Assembly: GCA_965283695.1 (NCBI GenBank)
Contig: CBDIPP010000015.1
Span: forward strand, 155 to 64,154
Reading direction: 5' to 3'
DNA from: an uncultured Parvibaculaceae bacterium
GTDB lineage: Bacteria; Pseudomonadota; Alphaproteobacteria; Parvibaculales; Parvibaculaceae
DNA: 64,000 nt
This document shows positions 47,759 to 56,310 of the stretch, piece after piece. The number at the start of each line of letters is the position of its first letter. Position 1 is the stretch's first letter. The position numbers and the translations under genes were made by a program. The notes under the pieces were generated by a model. It saw nothing but the letters and a program-made list of their open reading frames with translations. It made no database searches and was not told the origin of the DNA.

Positions 47759-49011
47759 GACGCACTTTCCTGGATGAGCGTGACAGCCTGCAGGTCGGCG
47801 GGTCCACCCGCGTGGTCAGGAGCCTCCCTGTCGATGCCGTGCAACCAGCGGGCTGCAAACCAGAAGGTTACGTCTGCATTCACGAAGCTGACGGGCTCGC
47901 CATCCGTGCTTTCGTTCGCGCCGATATAGATGCCTTTGTTCTCATCCACACCGAAGAAGGTTTGCATCCACGGCAGGCGGCCATCCCAGACGATATCGGG
48001 AATGGGTGTTCCGACAATCTCGGCAACCAGCTCGCCAATCTCATTGTCGGGTGCGAAGCCATTGCGGCCGATCCTGTTGGAATGAACGGAAATTCCGGCG
48101 GGGAATGGCTGATAGAGTTCATCGTCTGTGTCGTTCGGGTAGGCGACGATCAGAATGGCCGTCGTGGCATTCTCATCAATCTCATTGCGAAAGACTTCTA
48201 CATCCCGGTTCGCCATCACCATGATGCCGGTGCCCATGGGGGTCTGGCCAACAATGTTGCCTTCAGGGGCAAAGTTCGGCGTGTCGTTGTTGACCGACTT
48301 ATTGTCAAACACGCGAACGGAGTGCCCGCCCTGCTGCGGCAGGCCCGGCAGATCGAAAATCAGAATGCCGCCCGTATTGTGGGTCGCGACATTGTCGTGC
48401 ACGTCAGCGTAGTAGGAGTTCTCAATCTCGATGCCTGCCACGTTATACTCAGCGCGCGAATTGCGAACGATGATGTGTTGCGACTGCCCGACATAGATGC
48501 CTGCGTCAGATGCGCCAATCGCCACGCAATTATCAATCAGCACATGGGTGGAGGAGACGGGATAGAGGCCATAGGCGCCATTGTTTTCATCCGGTCCATT
48601 GGTCCATTCCACGCGAATGTCGCGAAAGGTGATTTCGTCTGACCCATTGGCTTTGATCGCGTCGCCCTTCACGTCTTCAACTGCAAAGCTTTCGAGCACG
48701 ATCTTGTTTGAGGTGACGAGTAACCCTTCGCCGCCGGACTCCTGGCCCTTGAAGGAGAGGATGGTGGCATCGTGTCCCTGACCGCGCAGCGTCACCCCAT
48801 CAATGTCGAGGGAGAGACCATCGGTGAGCGCAAAGGTGCCCGCGGGCAGGATGATGGTGTCGCCGGGGCTCACATCAATGAGCGCTTCCTGGATGGCTTC
48901 TTGGGGATCAGCTGCCAGGGCTGCCGGATCAAGCTGCAGTACTGCGGCGCTGACGCTGCCGCCCATCATCAAAAGTCCGGCCACCGCAGTGCCGACGAAT
49001 TTCATGTTCAT
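47755..49011 (-). CDS. exported parallel beta-helix repeat protein
   Basis: Signal peptide, then stacked PbH1-like repeats (DNCVAIGASDAGIYVGQS, NSRAEYNVAGIEIENS, DNVATHNTGGILIFD). Confidence 0.8.
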   Translation of the reverse strand: MNMKFVGTAVAGLLMMGGSVSAAVLQLDPAALAADPQEAIQEALIDVSPGDTIILPAGTFALTDGLSLDIDGVTLRGQGHDATILSFKGQESGGEGLLVTSNKIVLESFAVEDVKGDAIKANGSDEITFRDIRVEWTNGPDENNGAYGLYPVSSTHVLIDNCVAIGASDAGIYVGQSQHIIVRNSRAEYNVAGIEIENSYYADVHDNVATHNTGGILIFDLPGLPQQGGHSVRVFDNKSVNNDTPNFAPEGNIVGQTPMGTGIMVMANRDVEVFRNEIDENATTAILIVAYPNDTDDELYQPFPAGISVHSNRIGRNGFAPDNEIGELVAEIVGTPIPDIVWDGRLPWMQTFFGVDENKGIYIGANESTDGEPVSFVNADVTFWFAARWLHGIDREAPDHAGGPADLQAVTLIQESAS

Positions 49012-49032
49012 TTTGCCACCCCTTGTAAAACA

Positions 49033-49045
49033 TGAAACTATTTCA
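49033..49045. promoter_or_regulatory. small palindrome in the beta-helix / TetR divergent spacer
   Basis: TGAAA-CTA-TTTCA. Confidence 0.3.
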
Positions 49046-49095
49046 CATTATGGTCGCTCCCTTGTCAACAGTGTGGAAAAACGTCAAGAAACCTC

Positions 49096-49707
49096 ATGCG
49101 AAAACCGACTCAAGAGAGAGCCCGACAACGCGTTGCTGACATTCTGGCGGCGGCGGTGGAGCTGATTTCCGAGGGTGGTGTTGAGGCCGTCACCACAACG
49201 GATGTGGCGGAGAAAGCAAGCGTGCCGGTCGGCTCGATCTATCAATATTTTGAAGACGCAAATGACATTCTGCGGACCGTTCAGGGGGAACTTGCAGCGG
49301 AGCTCGTGGTCGCCTGTCATAAGGCGTTGGATGGGTTGCCACCCGACACAGACTGGCTGACCTCGACCCGCCTGACGATTGATACCTATTGGGAGGAGCT
49401 GTTGAAGCGGCCGGTCTATGTGGCGCTTCTCCGCGATGCGACACGAACCCAGTCCTTTGCAGAGTCCATGAACCTGGGGGGGCTCGGCGAAAGCGACATT
49501 GGTGCCCTCTTCCTCCGCAGTCTCGCGGTTGGCGGGGCAACGCTCCCGCCTGCCAAAGCTGACGCGGTGACTGATACCGTGCTCGGCTCCCTCTCAGCGC
49601 TCACCGACCTTGCCATGCTGATTGACGATGAGCCCACCCGCGAAACGCGGCGCCAGGAAATGCTGCGCATGATCGAGCTTTATCTCCAAGATACGTTGGG
49701 CGGCTAA
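49096..49707 (+). CDS. TetR/AcrR family transcriptional regulator
   Basis: HTH segment VTTTDVAEKASVPVGSIYQYFEDAND. Confidence 0.85.
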   Translation: MRKPTQERARQRVADILAAAVELISEGGVEAVTTTDVAEKASVPVGSIYQYFEDANDILRTVQGELAAELVVACHKALDGLPPDTDWLTSTRLTIDTYWEELLKRPVYVALLRDATRTQSFAESMNLGGLGESDIGALFLRSLAVGGATLPPAKADAVTDTVLGSLSALTDLAMLIDDEPTRETRRQEMLRMIELYLQDTLGG

Positions 49708-49774
49708 ATGCGTCCACCAATGCGTGATGCACAGACGGTGCTGAGGGAATCTGACATGAATCTCAAAACAGTGT

Positions 49775-49806
49775 GTCATTGTCGGGCTTGTCCCGGCAAT
49801 CCAGGG
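49775..49806. repeat. hairpin-containing repeat, inverted copy of 50136..50167
   Basis: GTCATTGTCGGGCTTGTCCCGGCAATCCAGGG. It is 23/32 identical (hand alignment) to the reverse complement of the partner, with internal stem CGGG-CTTGT-CCCG. Confidence 0.6.
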
Positions 49807-49825
49807 TAAGGGCACCTGAGCATCG

Positions 49826-50119
49826 CTACTTCATCAGGTCGTCATAGATATCTCGCCATAGCGGGTTACGTTCTTCAATCAAATTGATTTTCCACGCAAC
49901 CGGATAGCCTTTGATGGTCTTCTCTCGTTGGATTGCCGAATGCGCGTCTCCTGCCTCTTCGAACCAAACCAGGCGCTTCAGATCATAGCGTGAGGTGAAC
50001 CCGTCAACGGCACCTGTTTTGTGCTCATGAGCACGTCTGGCGAGGTCGCTGGTCACGCCGCAATAGAGCGTTCCATTGCGGCGATTGGTCATGAGGTAGA
50101 CGTGAAAGCGTTTCTCCAT
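49826..50119 (-). CDS. GIY-YIG nuclease family protein
   Basis: 97 aa from ATG 50119: FHVYLMTNRRNGTLYCGVTSDLARRAHEHK. Confidence 0.85.
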   Translation of the reverse strand: MEKRFHVYLMTNRRNGTLYCGVTSDLARRAHEHKTGAVDGFTSRYDLKRLVWFEEAGDAHSAIQREKTIKGYPVAWKINLIEERNPLWRDIYDDLMK

Positions 50120-50135
50120 GGCATAAACTTGCCGC

Positions 50136-50167
50136 CCCTGGACCCCCGGAACAAGTCCGGGGGTGAC
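50136..50167. repeat. hairpin-containing repeat, inverted copy of 49775..49806
   Basis: The reverse complement reads GTCACCCCCGGACTTGTTCCGGGGGTCCAGGG, with internal stem CCCCGGA-CTTGT-TCCGGGG. Confidence 0.6.
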
Positions 50168-50271
50168 GTCTGAGGATGAACTTTCGCTTGGTAACAAAAC
50201 GTGCAGCTAGGATGGTTTCATCACGGGTGTTTCAGGTAGGGCAAGAGGCATCCCCCACCGCGTTACTTAGC

Positions 50272-50877
50272 TTAGGCGTTATCACCCTCGCCAGTTGGCC
50301 CAGGACTGTTCAATTCACTGCGGCTCAATGACGGCAGCTTCACAGCATCCTCAATTATCTGCCCCACTTCCTCGATATACGCCCAGTTTTCCTTGATATC
50401 CCGAACCAGTTTTTCTGAGCGAGGCTCCATTGATAAAAGTTGTGGATGAAAGTTTGCTCGAGAAAGCGCAACCTTGAAGGCTCGTCTCGGCTCTGCATCC
50501 AAATAGAGACCGTTTCCGACCCACCAATCCTGACATTTCACTATCACCTTTGTAGAATTTTCTGAGTGTATGCTGTGAAACATTTCCCACCAGAGTTCAT
50601 ATGCTTCTTGATGAGCTTTAAAACGCTGTTCGGAAACAGCTAGCCGCAACGCTCCGGTGGCCTTGTGCTCTTCCTGAATCACTGCAAATTCGTTTTTCAC
50701 TTCTTCTTGAAGTCGAACTATTTCAGCCACATCCTGTTTAGTGGCAACATTCTCCGCCTTAGCCACGAGATATGCGCTAAAGGGCTTTTTGAAGACCCAG
50801 AGGACAAAAGCTAGAACCGGCAAAGCGACTAGGTTTGCGAATGCCGCGAACTCCACAAGAAACTGTATCATCGCCAT
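50272..50877 (-). CDS. hypothetical protein with N-terminal TM anchor
   Basis: 201 aa. GGAGAG SD and an ATG 14 nt after the upstream oxidoreductase stop. No motif recognised. Confidence 0.5.
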   Translation of the reverse strand: MAMIQFLVEFAAFANLVALPVLAFVLWVFKKPFSAYLVAKAENVATKQDVAEIVRLQEEVKNEFAVIQEEHKATGALRLAVSEQRFKAHQEAYELWWEMFHSIHSENSTKVIVKCQDWWVGNGLYLDAEPRRAFKVALSRANFHPQLLSMEPRSEKLVRDIKENWAYIEEVGQIIEDAVKLPSLSRSELNSPGPTGEGDNA

Positions 50878-50890
50878 GTCCCCGCTCTCC

Positions 50891-52186
50891 CTACCTCACC
50901 AAAGCATCCGCTGTGCGGGCTTCGTTTTTGGCGTAGTCGCGGAAGGCCTTGAAGACGCCCATCCTTGTGTCGGGTTCCTGGCCATCGCCCATGCGCAATA
51001 TCTGCAGGCAGAACCAGCCCTGCTGTCCCCAGCCATTAAGCCCCTTCACAAGTGCAAAGGGGGAATGCGGCCCGAGCCAGCCGGGGCCAATTTGAAGCGT
51101 TTTCTCAAATGCCGGTGTTTCTTTCATCGTGCCGGAGAGTAATTTGTTCGGCACATCCGCGTCCACACAGAGCGGACGACCAAGGCCCACCATGTCCATC
51201 TCGCCCGACGCCAAGGCTGCGTTCATGCCCTCTGTTGAGCGGAAGCCGCCAGTGACCATCAGCGGCATGGTGGTCGCTTTCCTGATGTCGGTTGCATACT
51301 CCAGAAAATAGGCCTCGCGGGCGATGGTGCTTTCCGTGCGCTTCTCTGAACGGTCGGGATTAAGCGTCATGTCGTCATAACCGCCCATGCGCGGTTGCTC
51401 GTAGGTGCCGCCGGAAATCTCCAACAAATCAACGCTCGCATCGTTCAGCCATTTGGCAACCTGAAGCGAGTCTTCATGGCTGAAACCACCGCGCTGAAAG
51501 TCCGCAGAGTTGAGTTTTACCGAGACTGGGAAGTCCGGCCCGACAGCACCGCGCACGCTGCGCACAACTTCCAGCAAGAGGCGCGCCCGGTTTTCCAGGC
51601 TGCCGCCCCACTCGTCCGTTCTTGTGTTCACATCAGGCGATAGGAACTCGGAGATCAAATATCCATGTGCGCCGTGCACCTGCACGCCAGTGAAGCCGGT
51701 ATCGCGGGCAATCTGGGCGGCGTGGGCAAAGCGACCAATCACATCCCTGATTTCCTCACCTGTCAGCGCCCGGGGCTTGCCGAACTGGCTGCCCGGCATT
51801 TCAAGGGCGATGTCGGACGGGCCCACAGGTTCCTTAGCCACCGATGACGGCGTCTGACGCCCTGCATGACTGATCTGCATCCAGAGATGGGTGTCATTCG
51901 CGGTGCCGGCCTCTGCATAGGCGCGAAGGGCGGCAATCGCCTCATTTGACTGAGGGCCATCAATCGCCACATTGCCCGGCCGTTCCATATAGCGCCGGTC
52001 CACCTGCACATTGCCTGTGAGCAGCACGCCGGACCCGCCTTCCGCCCAGCGGCTGTAGAGCGCCTCATGGCGGTGGGTCGCCTTATTATCCGGATCGCCG
52101 AGGCCCTCTGTCATGGCCGCCTTGCAGAGCCGGTTTTTGAGGGTCACACCACAGGGCAGTGTCAGCGGGTCATTGATGGTCGGCAT
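50891..52186 (-). CDS. NADH:flavin oxidoreductase (Old Yellow Enzyme / 2,4-dienoyl-CoA reductase-like)
   Basis: TIM-barrel OYE motifs (CKAAMTE, VQVHGAHGYLISEFLSP, GGFRS). Confidence 0.85.
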   Translation of the reverse strand: MPTINDPLTLPCGVTLKNRLCKAAMTEGLGDPDNKATHRHEALYSRWAEGGSGVLLTGNVQVDRRYMERPGNVAIDGPQSNEAIAALRAYAEAGTANDTHLWMQISHAGRQTPSSVAKEPVGPSDIALEMPGSQFGKPRALTGEEIRDVIGRFAHAAQIARDTGFTGVQVHGAHGYLISEFLSPDVNTRTDEWGGSLENRARLLLEVVRSVRGAVGPDFPVSVKLNSADFQRGGFSHEDSLQVAKWLNDASVDLLEISGGTYEQPRMGGYDDMTLNPDRSEKRTESTIAREAYFLEYATDIRKATTMPLMVTGGFRSTEGMNAALASGEMDMVGLGRPLCVDADVPNKLLSGTMKETPAFEKTLQIGPGWLGPHSPFALVKGLNGWGQQGWFCLQILRMGDGQEPDTRMGVFKAFRDYAKNEARTADALVR

Positions 52187-52331
52187 TGGGTGGGCTCCAG
52201 GTGTTCTGTAGGTCGCTAAATGTCGGATAAACGATCATAAGAGGCATTCTCTTCCGCATTCAAGCTGGCTGAAGAGTAGAATGAGGTTCGATTCGGTTCC
52301 GGGTCGTGCACCCCTATTCCTTCGAGTTCCT

Positions 52332-54392
52332 ATGCCCGCCAAAAAGAAAACCACTACATCCAAGTCCAAATCTGACGATCTCTTCAGCACGCCGAAAGCA
52401 AGCGCCAGTGCAAAGAAAGCCGCGCCAAAGGCTGCCGCTAAAAAGGCCGCGCCCAAGAAGGCTGGCTACTCCGCGAAGGACATTGAAGTTCTTGAGGGAC
52501 TGGAGCCGGTCCGTCGGCGGCCCGGCATGTATATTGGCGGGACGGATGAAGGCGCGCTGCATCACCTGTTTGCCGAAGTGCTCGACAATTCCATGGACGA
52601 GGCGGTTGCCGGTCATGCCAGCTGGATTGATGTGGAGCTGATGGGCGATGGTTCTCTGAAAGTCTCAGACAATGGGCGTGGCATTCCCGTCGATCCACAC
52701 CCCAAATTCAAGAACAAGTCAGCGCTTGAAGTCATCATGACCACGCTGCATGCAGGCGGGAAGTTTGGGGGTGACGCGTATGAGACCTCCGGCGGTCTGC
52801 ACGGTGTGGGTGTCTCCGTTGTCAATGCGCTCTCTGACCGACTGCTCGTAGAAGTTGCCCGGGATCAGCAGGCTTACGAACAAGAATTCTCACGCGGAAA
52901 GCCAAAGGGTAAGCTCAAGAAAAAAGGCGCTGTCAAAAATAAGCGCGGCACCAGCGTAACCTTCCACCCGGATGCGGAGATTTTCAAAGGTGGTCTGAAG
53001 TTCAAGCCCGCGCGTCTTTACAAAATGGCTCGCTCCAAGGCCTATCTCTTTGGTGGGGTGGAAATCCGTTGGTCGTGCGATCCCTCTATGGTGGGGGACA
53101 AAGACCAGACGCCATCAAAAGACGTGCTGCATTTTCCCAATGGGCTGGTGGACTATCTCACCGTCTCAACAGAGGGCCTGACGTCCGTCACAGCGGAGCC
53201 TTTCACCGGTCGCGTGAAACGCGAGAATGGTGGCCACGGCACAGTTGAATGGGCGATTGGCTGGTATAATAGCGACGGCTTCATGTCGTCCTATTGTAAT
53301 ACGATCCCGACCGCTGACGGCGGTACTCACGAAGCCGGGATGCGCGCGGCGCTCACCAAGGGTCTCAAGGCTTACGGCGAACTTACAAACAACAAGAAAG
53401 CCTCGCAGATCACTGCTGATGATGTGATGACTGCGTGTGGGGCATTGCTCTCGGTCTTTATTCGCGAGCCGGAATTTGTCGGCCAGACGAAGGACAAGCT
53501 TGCCACCGTCTCCGCCCAGAAGCTGACAGAAGCGGCGATCCGGGATCATTTTGATCACTGGTTGTCAGAACGTCCTCAGCAGGCAGCAAAACTTCTGGAA
53601 TGGGTGATTGACCGCACGGAAGAGCGGCTGCGGCGCAAGCAGGAGAAAGAAGTCAACCGCCAGTCGGCAACGCGGAAGCTACGTCTGCCTGGCAAACTTG
53701 CTGACTGTTCGCAGTCAGGTGCAGCAGGCTCTGAACTCTTTATCGTTGAGGGTGACTCAGCTGGTGGTTCCGCCAAACAGGCGCGAGACCGGAAGACCCA
53801 AGCGATCCTTCCCCTGCGCGGCAAAATTCTGAACGTCGCAAGCGCGTCTGCGGACAAGATGTCCCAGAACCAGCAGATCAGCGATCTCATTCAGGCGCTT
53901 GGTGTCCGGCCCGGGCAGTACTACAGGAACGACGATCTGCGGTACGAAAAGATCATCATCATGACCGATGCGGACGTGGATGGCGCACATATCGCCTCGC
54001 TCCTCATCACCTTCTTCTTTCAGCAGATGCCGGACCTTATTCGCAGCGGTCATCTCTTTCTCGCGGTGCCACCGCTCTACAAGCTCGCCCAAGGCAGCAA
54101 GACGGCCTATGCCCGCGACGATGCGGACAAGGACCATCTGATGGCGACCGAATTCAGCGGCCGGGGCAAAGTTGAAATCAGCCGCTTTAAGGGCCTTGGC
54201 GAAATGCTCCCCGCGCAGCTGAAAGTAACGACGATGAACCGCGCTAAACGCACCCTGCTCCAGGTTGTTATGCCGGAAGATGAGATGGCAGAAACCCGCT
54301 CGTCTGTTGCCCGACTCATGGGCAACAAGCCGGAGCTTCGCTTCAAGTTCATTCAGGAACGGGCTGAATTCGCGACGGATTTGGACATTTAG
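52332..54392 (+). CDS. parE: DNA topoisomerase IV subunit B
   Basis: GHKL ATPase (EVLDNSMDEA), Toprim (LFIVEGDSAGGSAK, IMTDADVDGAHI). About 686 aa without the GyrB-specific insert. Lys/Ala-rich N-terminal 45 aa. Confidence 0.9.
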   Translation: MPAKKKTTTSKSKSDDLFSTPKASASAKKAAPKAAAKKAAPKKAGYSAKDIEVLEGLEPVRRRPGMYIGGTDEGALHHLFAEVLDNSMDEAVAGHASWIDVELMGDGSLKVSDNGRGIPVDPHPKFKNKSALEVIMTTLHAGGKFGGDAYETSGGLHGVGVSVVNALSDRLLVEVARDQQAYEQEFSRGKPKGKLKKKGAVKNKRGTSVTFHPDAEIFKGGLKFKPARLYKMARSKAYLFGGVEIRWSCDPSMVGDKDQTPSKDVLHFPNGLVDYLTVSTEGLTSVTAEPFTGRVKRENGGHGTVEWAIGWYNSDGFMSSYCNTIPTADGGTHEAGMRAALTKGLKAYGELTNNKKASQITADDVMTACGALLSVFIREPEFVGQTKDKLATVSAQKLTEAAIRDHFDHWLSERPQQAAKLLEWVIDRTEERLRRKQEKEVNRQSATRKLRLPGKLADCSQSGAAGSELFIVEGDSAGGSAKQARDRKTQAILPLRGKILNVASASADKMSQNQQISDLIQALGVRPGQYYRNDDLRYEKIIIMTDADVDGAHIASLLITFFFQQMPDLIRSGHLFLAVPPLYKLAQGSKTAYARDDADKDHLMATEFSGRGKVEISRFKGLGEMLPAQLKVTTMNRAKRTLLQVVMPEDEMAETRSSVARLMGNKPELRFKFIQERAEFATDLDI

Positions 54393-54603
54393 ACCCGATA
54401 TTGGCGCTGGATTAGGCTTGCTGTTCTAACTGTTGCGTGAAAACCACAAAACCTGTGGCCGTTTTGTTGACATTCCCCTGTCAGCCCTTATGTTCCGCCC
54501 AATTCGTATGGCAGCGCTGAACTCTAGCTGCCACGCGCCGCGCCTATCTCCATCATCCGGGTGGTCATCTCGCGGCTTTTTAAAACGGCAGAAATAGAGA
54601 CAT

Positions 54604-56217
54604 ATGACAGCTGACGAAACGGGCAGTGAGCCCAAAAAGACGTTTGATGAACTCGGCCTTGGACCCAAGGTCCTCGATGCTATCAATCAAGCGGGTTACA
54701 CAGAACCGACCCCTATTCAGGCACAAGCTATCCCCGAAGCGCTGAACGGACGAGATATTCTCGGCATCGCGCAGACCGGCACCGGCAAGACCGCCTCCTT
54801 CACTCTTCCGATGATCGAAAAGCTTGGCCGTGGCCGAGCACGGGCACGCATGCCGCGCTCGCTGATCGTGGAACCGACGCGCGAACTCGCTGCGCAGGTC
54901 TCAGAGAATTTCGAAATCTACGGCAAGAACCACAAGCTCACGATGGCACTTCTCATCGGCGGCGTGTCGTTCGGCGACCAGGAGAAGAAACTGGACCGCG
55001 GTGTGGACGTGCTGATCGCAACACCTGGACGTCTGCTTGACCATTTCGAGCGCGGCAAGGTTCTTCTTACCGGCGTTCAGACACTGGTGATTGACGAAGC
55101 TGACCGCATGCTCGACATGGGCTTCATTCCTGACATTGAGCGCATCTGTAAACTTATCCCTGGAAAACGCCAGACACTCTTCTTCTCGGCAACCATGCCG
55201 CCGGAGATTACCCGTCTTACCAAGACGTTCCTAAAAGACCCTGTCCGGATTGAAGTTGCGAAAGCGTCCTCCACTGCCTCAACCGTGACGCAGAAACTCA
55301 TCCCAACACACCGCCTCGATAAGCGCGATGTACTGCGAGACATTCTGAAGACGGAAGACGTGAAAAACGCCATCGTCTTTTGCAACCGGAAGCGTGATGT
55401 GGGCGTCCTACACCGCTCTTTGGTGAAGCATGGCTTCTCCGCCGGTTGTCTACATGGTGATCTGGATCAGTCTACGCGGACACGCACACTTGCTGGATTC
55501 AAGAAAAACGAGATTCAAATTCTTGTGGCAAGTGATGTTGCAGCGCGCGGCCTCGACATTCCAGACGTGAGCCATGTGATCAATTTCGATGTGCCAAGCC
55601 ACGCAGAAGACTATGTTCACCGGATCGGCCGGACTGGTCGCGCAGGCCGTGAAGGTGCTGCTTTCATGCTGTCGACTAAAGAAGATGGAAAATATCTCGC
55701 GGCGATCGAGAAACTGATTGGCAAGCCCATTGATGCCGACAGTGCATATGGCAAGGGCGGCAAGCCAGCTAAGCCGGCAACAAAAGCGTCAAAGGCCGAC
55801 ACGGAAGCTCCGAAGGCTGAAGCAGACGCACCAGAAGCCAAAGAAGAAGCGCCGAAGAAGCCTCGCAGCCGTGGACGTCGTAAAAAGACCGAAGAAGCGC
55901 CGGAAGTCGTTGCTGAGACAGCTACTGAAACTGTTGAAGCAGACACAAACACTGCTGACGACACCAAGGAAGAAGCTCCGAAGACCAAACGCACTCGGAC
56001 GCGGAAACCTGCCGCAAAGAAAGCAAAAGCAGCTGCCGAGCCTGTGCAGGCAGACGAAGGGTCAGAACCTGACACCAAGCCGATGCGCGGCAAAAAGGGC
56101 CAGGACCCATTCGGTGGTCACATGCCAGCGTTCATTGCCCGACCGATCGTTCGCCGGGCTCCAGAGCCTGAAGATGACGAGCCGGAGGTGGAAGAAGCTG
56201 AAACCGAAGACGCATAA
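54604..56217 (+). CDS. rhlE: DEAD-box ATP-dependent RNA helicase (RhlE-like)
   Basis: Q motif GYTEPTPIQ, then AQTGTGKT, DEAD, SAT, HRIGRTGRAG. Long charged low-complexity C-terminal tail. Confidence 0.92.
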   Translation: MTADETGSEPKKTFDELGLGPKVLDAINQAGYTEPTPIQAQAIPEALNGRDILGIAQTGTGKTASFTLPMIEKLGRGRARARMPRSLIVEPTRELAAQVSENFEIYGKNHKLTMALLIGGVSFGDQEKKLDRGVDVLIATPGRLLDHFERGKVLLTGVQTLVIDEADRMLDMGFIPDIERICKLIPGKRQTLFFSATMPPEITRLTKTFLKDPVRIEVAKASSTASTVTQKLIPTHRLDKRDVLRDILKTEDVKNAIVFCNRKRDVGVLHRSLVKHGFSAGCLHGDLDQSTRTRTLAGFKKNEIQILVASDVAARGLDIPDVSHVINFDVPSHAEDYVHRIGRTGRAGREGAAFMLSTKEDGKYLAAIEKLIGKPIDADSAYGKGGKPAKPATKASKADTEAPKAEADAPEAKEEAPKKPRSRGRRKKTEEAPEVVAETATETVEADTNTADDTKEEAPKTKRTRTRKPAAKKAKAAAEPVQADEGSEPDTKPMRGKKGQDPFGGHMPAFIARPIVRRAPEPEDDEPEVEEAETEDA

Positions 56218-56310
56218 GTCGGTTCTCGTCCGCAACCTTTCCGCGATTTAAGATGAAATCTGCCTTTCTTGAGCGCAGTGTCTGAGACACTGCGACATTG
56301 AGGGGGCATC

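Noticed and set aside
49594-49815. 73-aa minus-strand ORF (MPLPWIAGTSPTMT...) overlapping the 3' end of the TetR gene
   Set aside because: The only recognisable part is the translation of the hairpin repeat. The rest overlaps a bona fide TetR gene on the other strand.
55750-56217. Long charged K/E/A/P-rich C-terminal tail of the DEAD-box helicase as a novelty
   Set aside because: Basic or acidic low-complexity C-terminal extensions are commonplace in RhlE/DeaD-type helicases. It is mentioned only as part of the Lys-rich-tail pattern.
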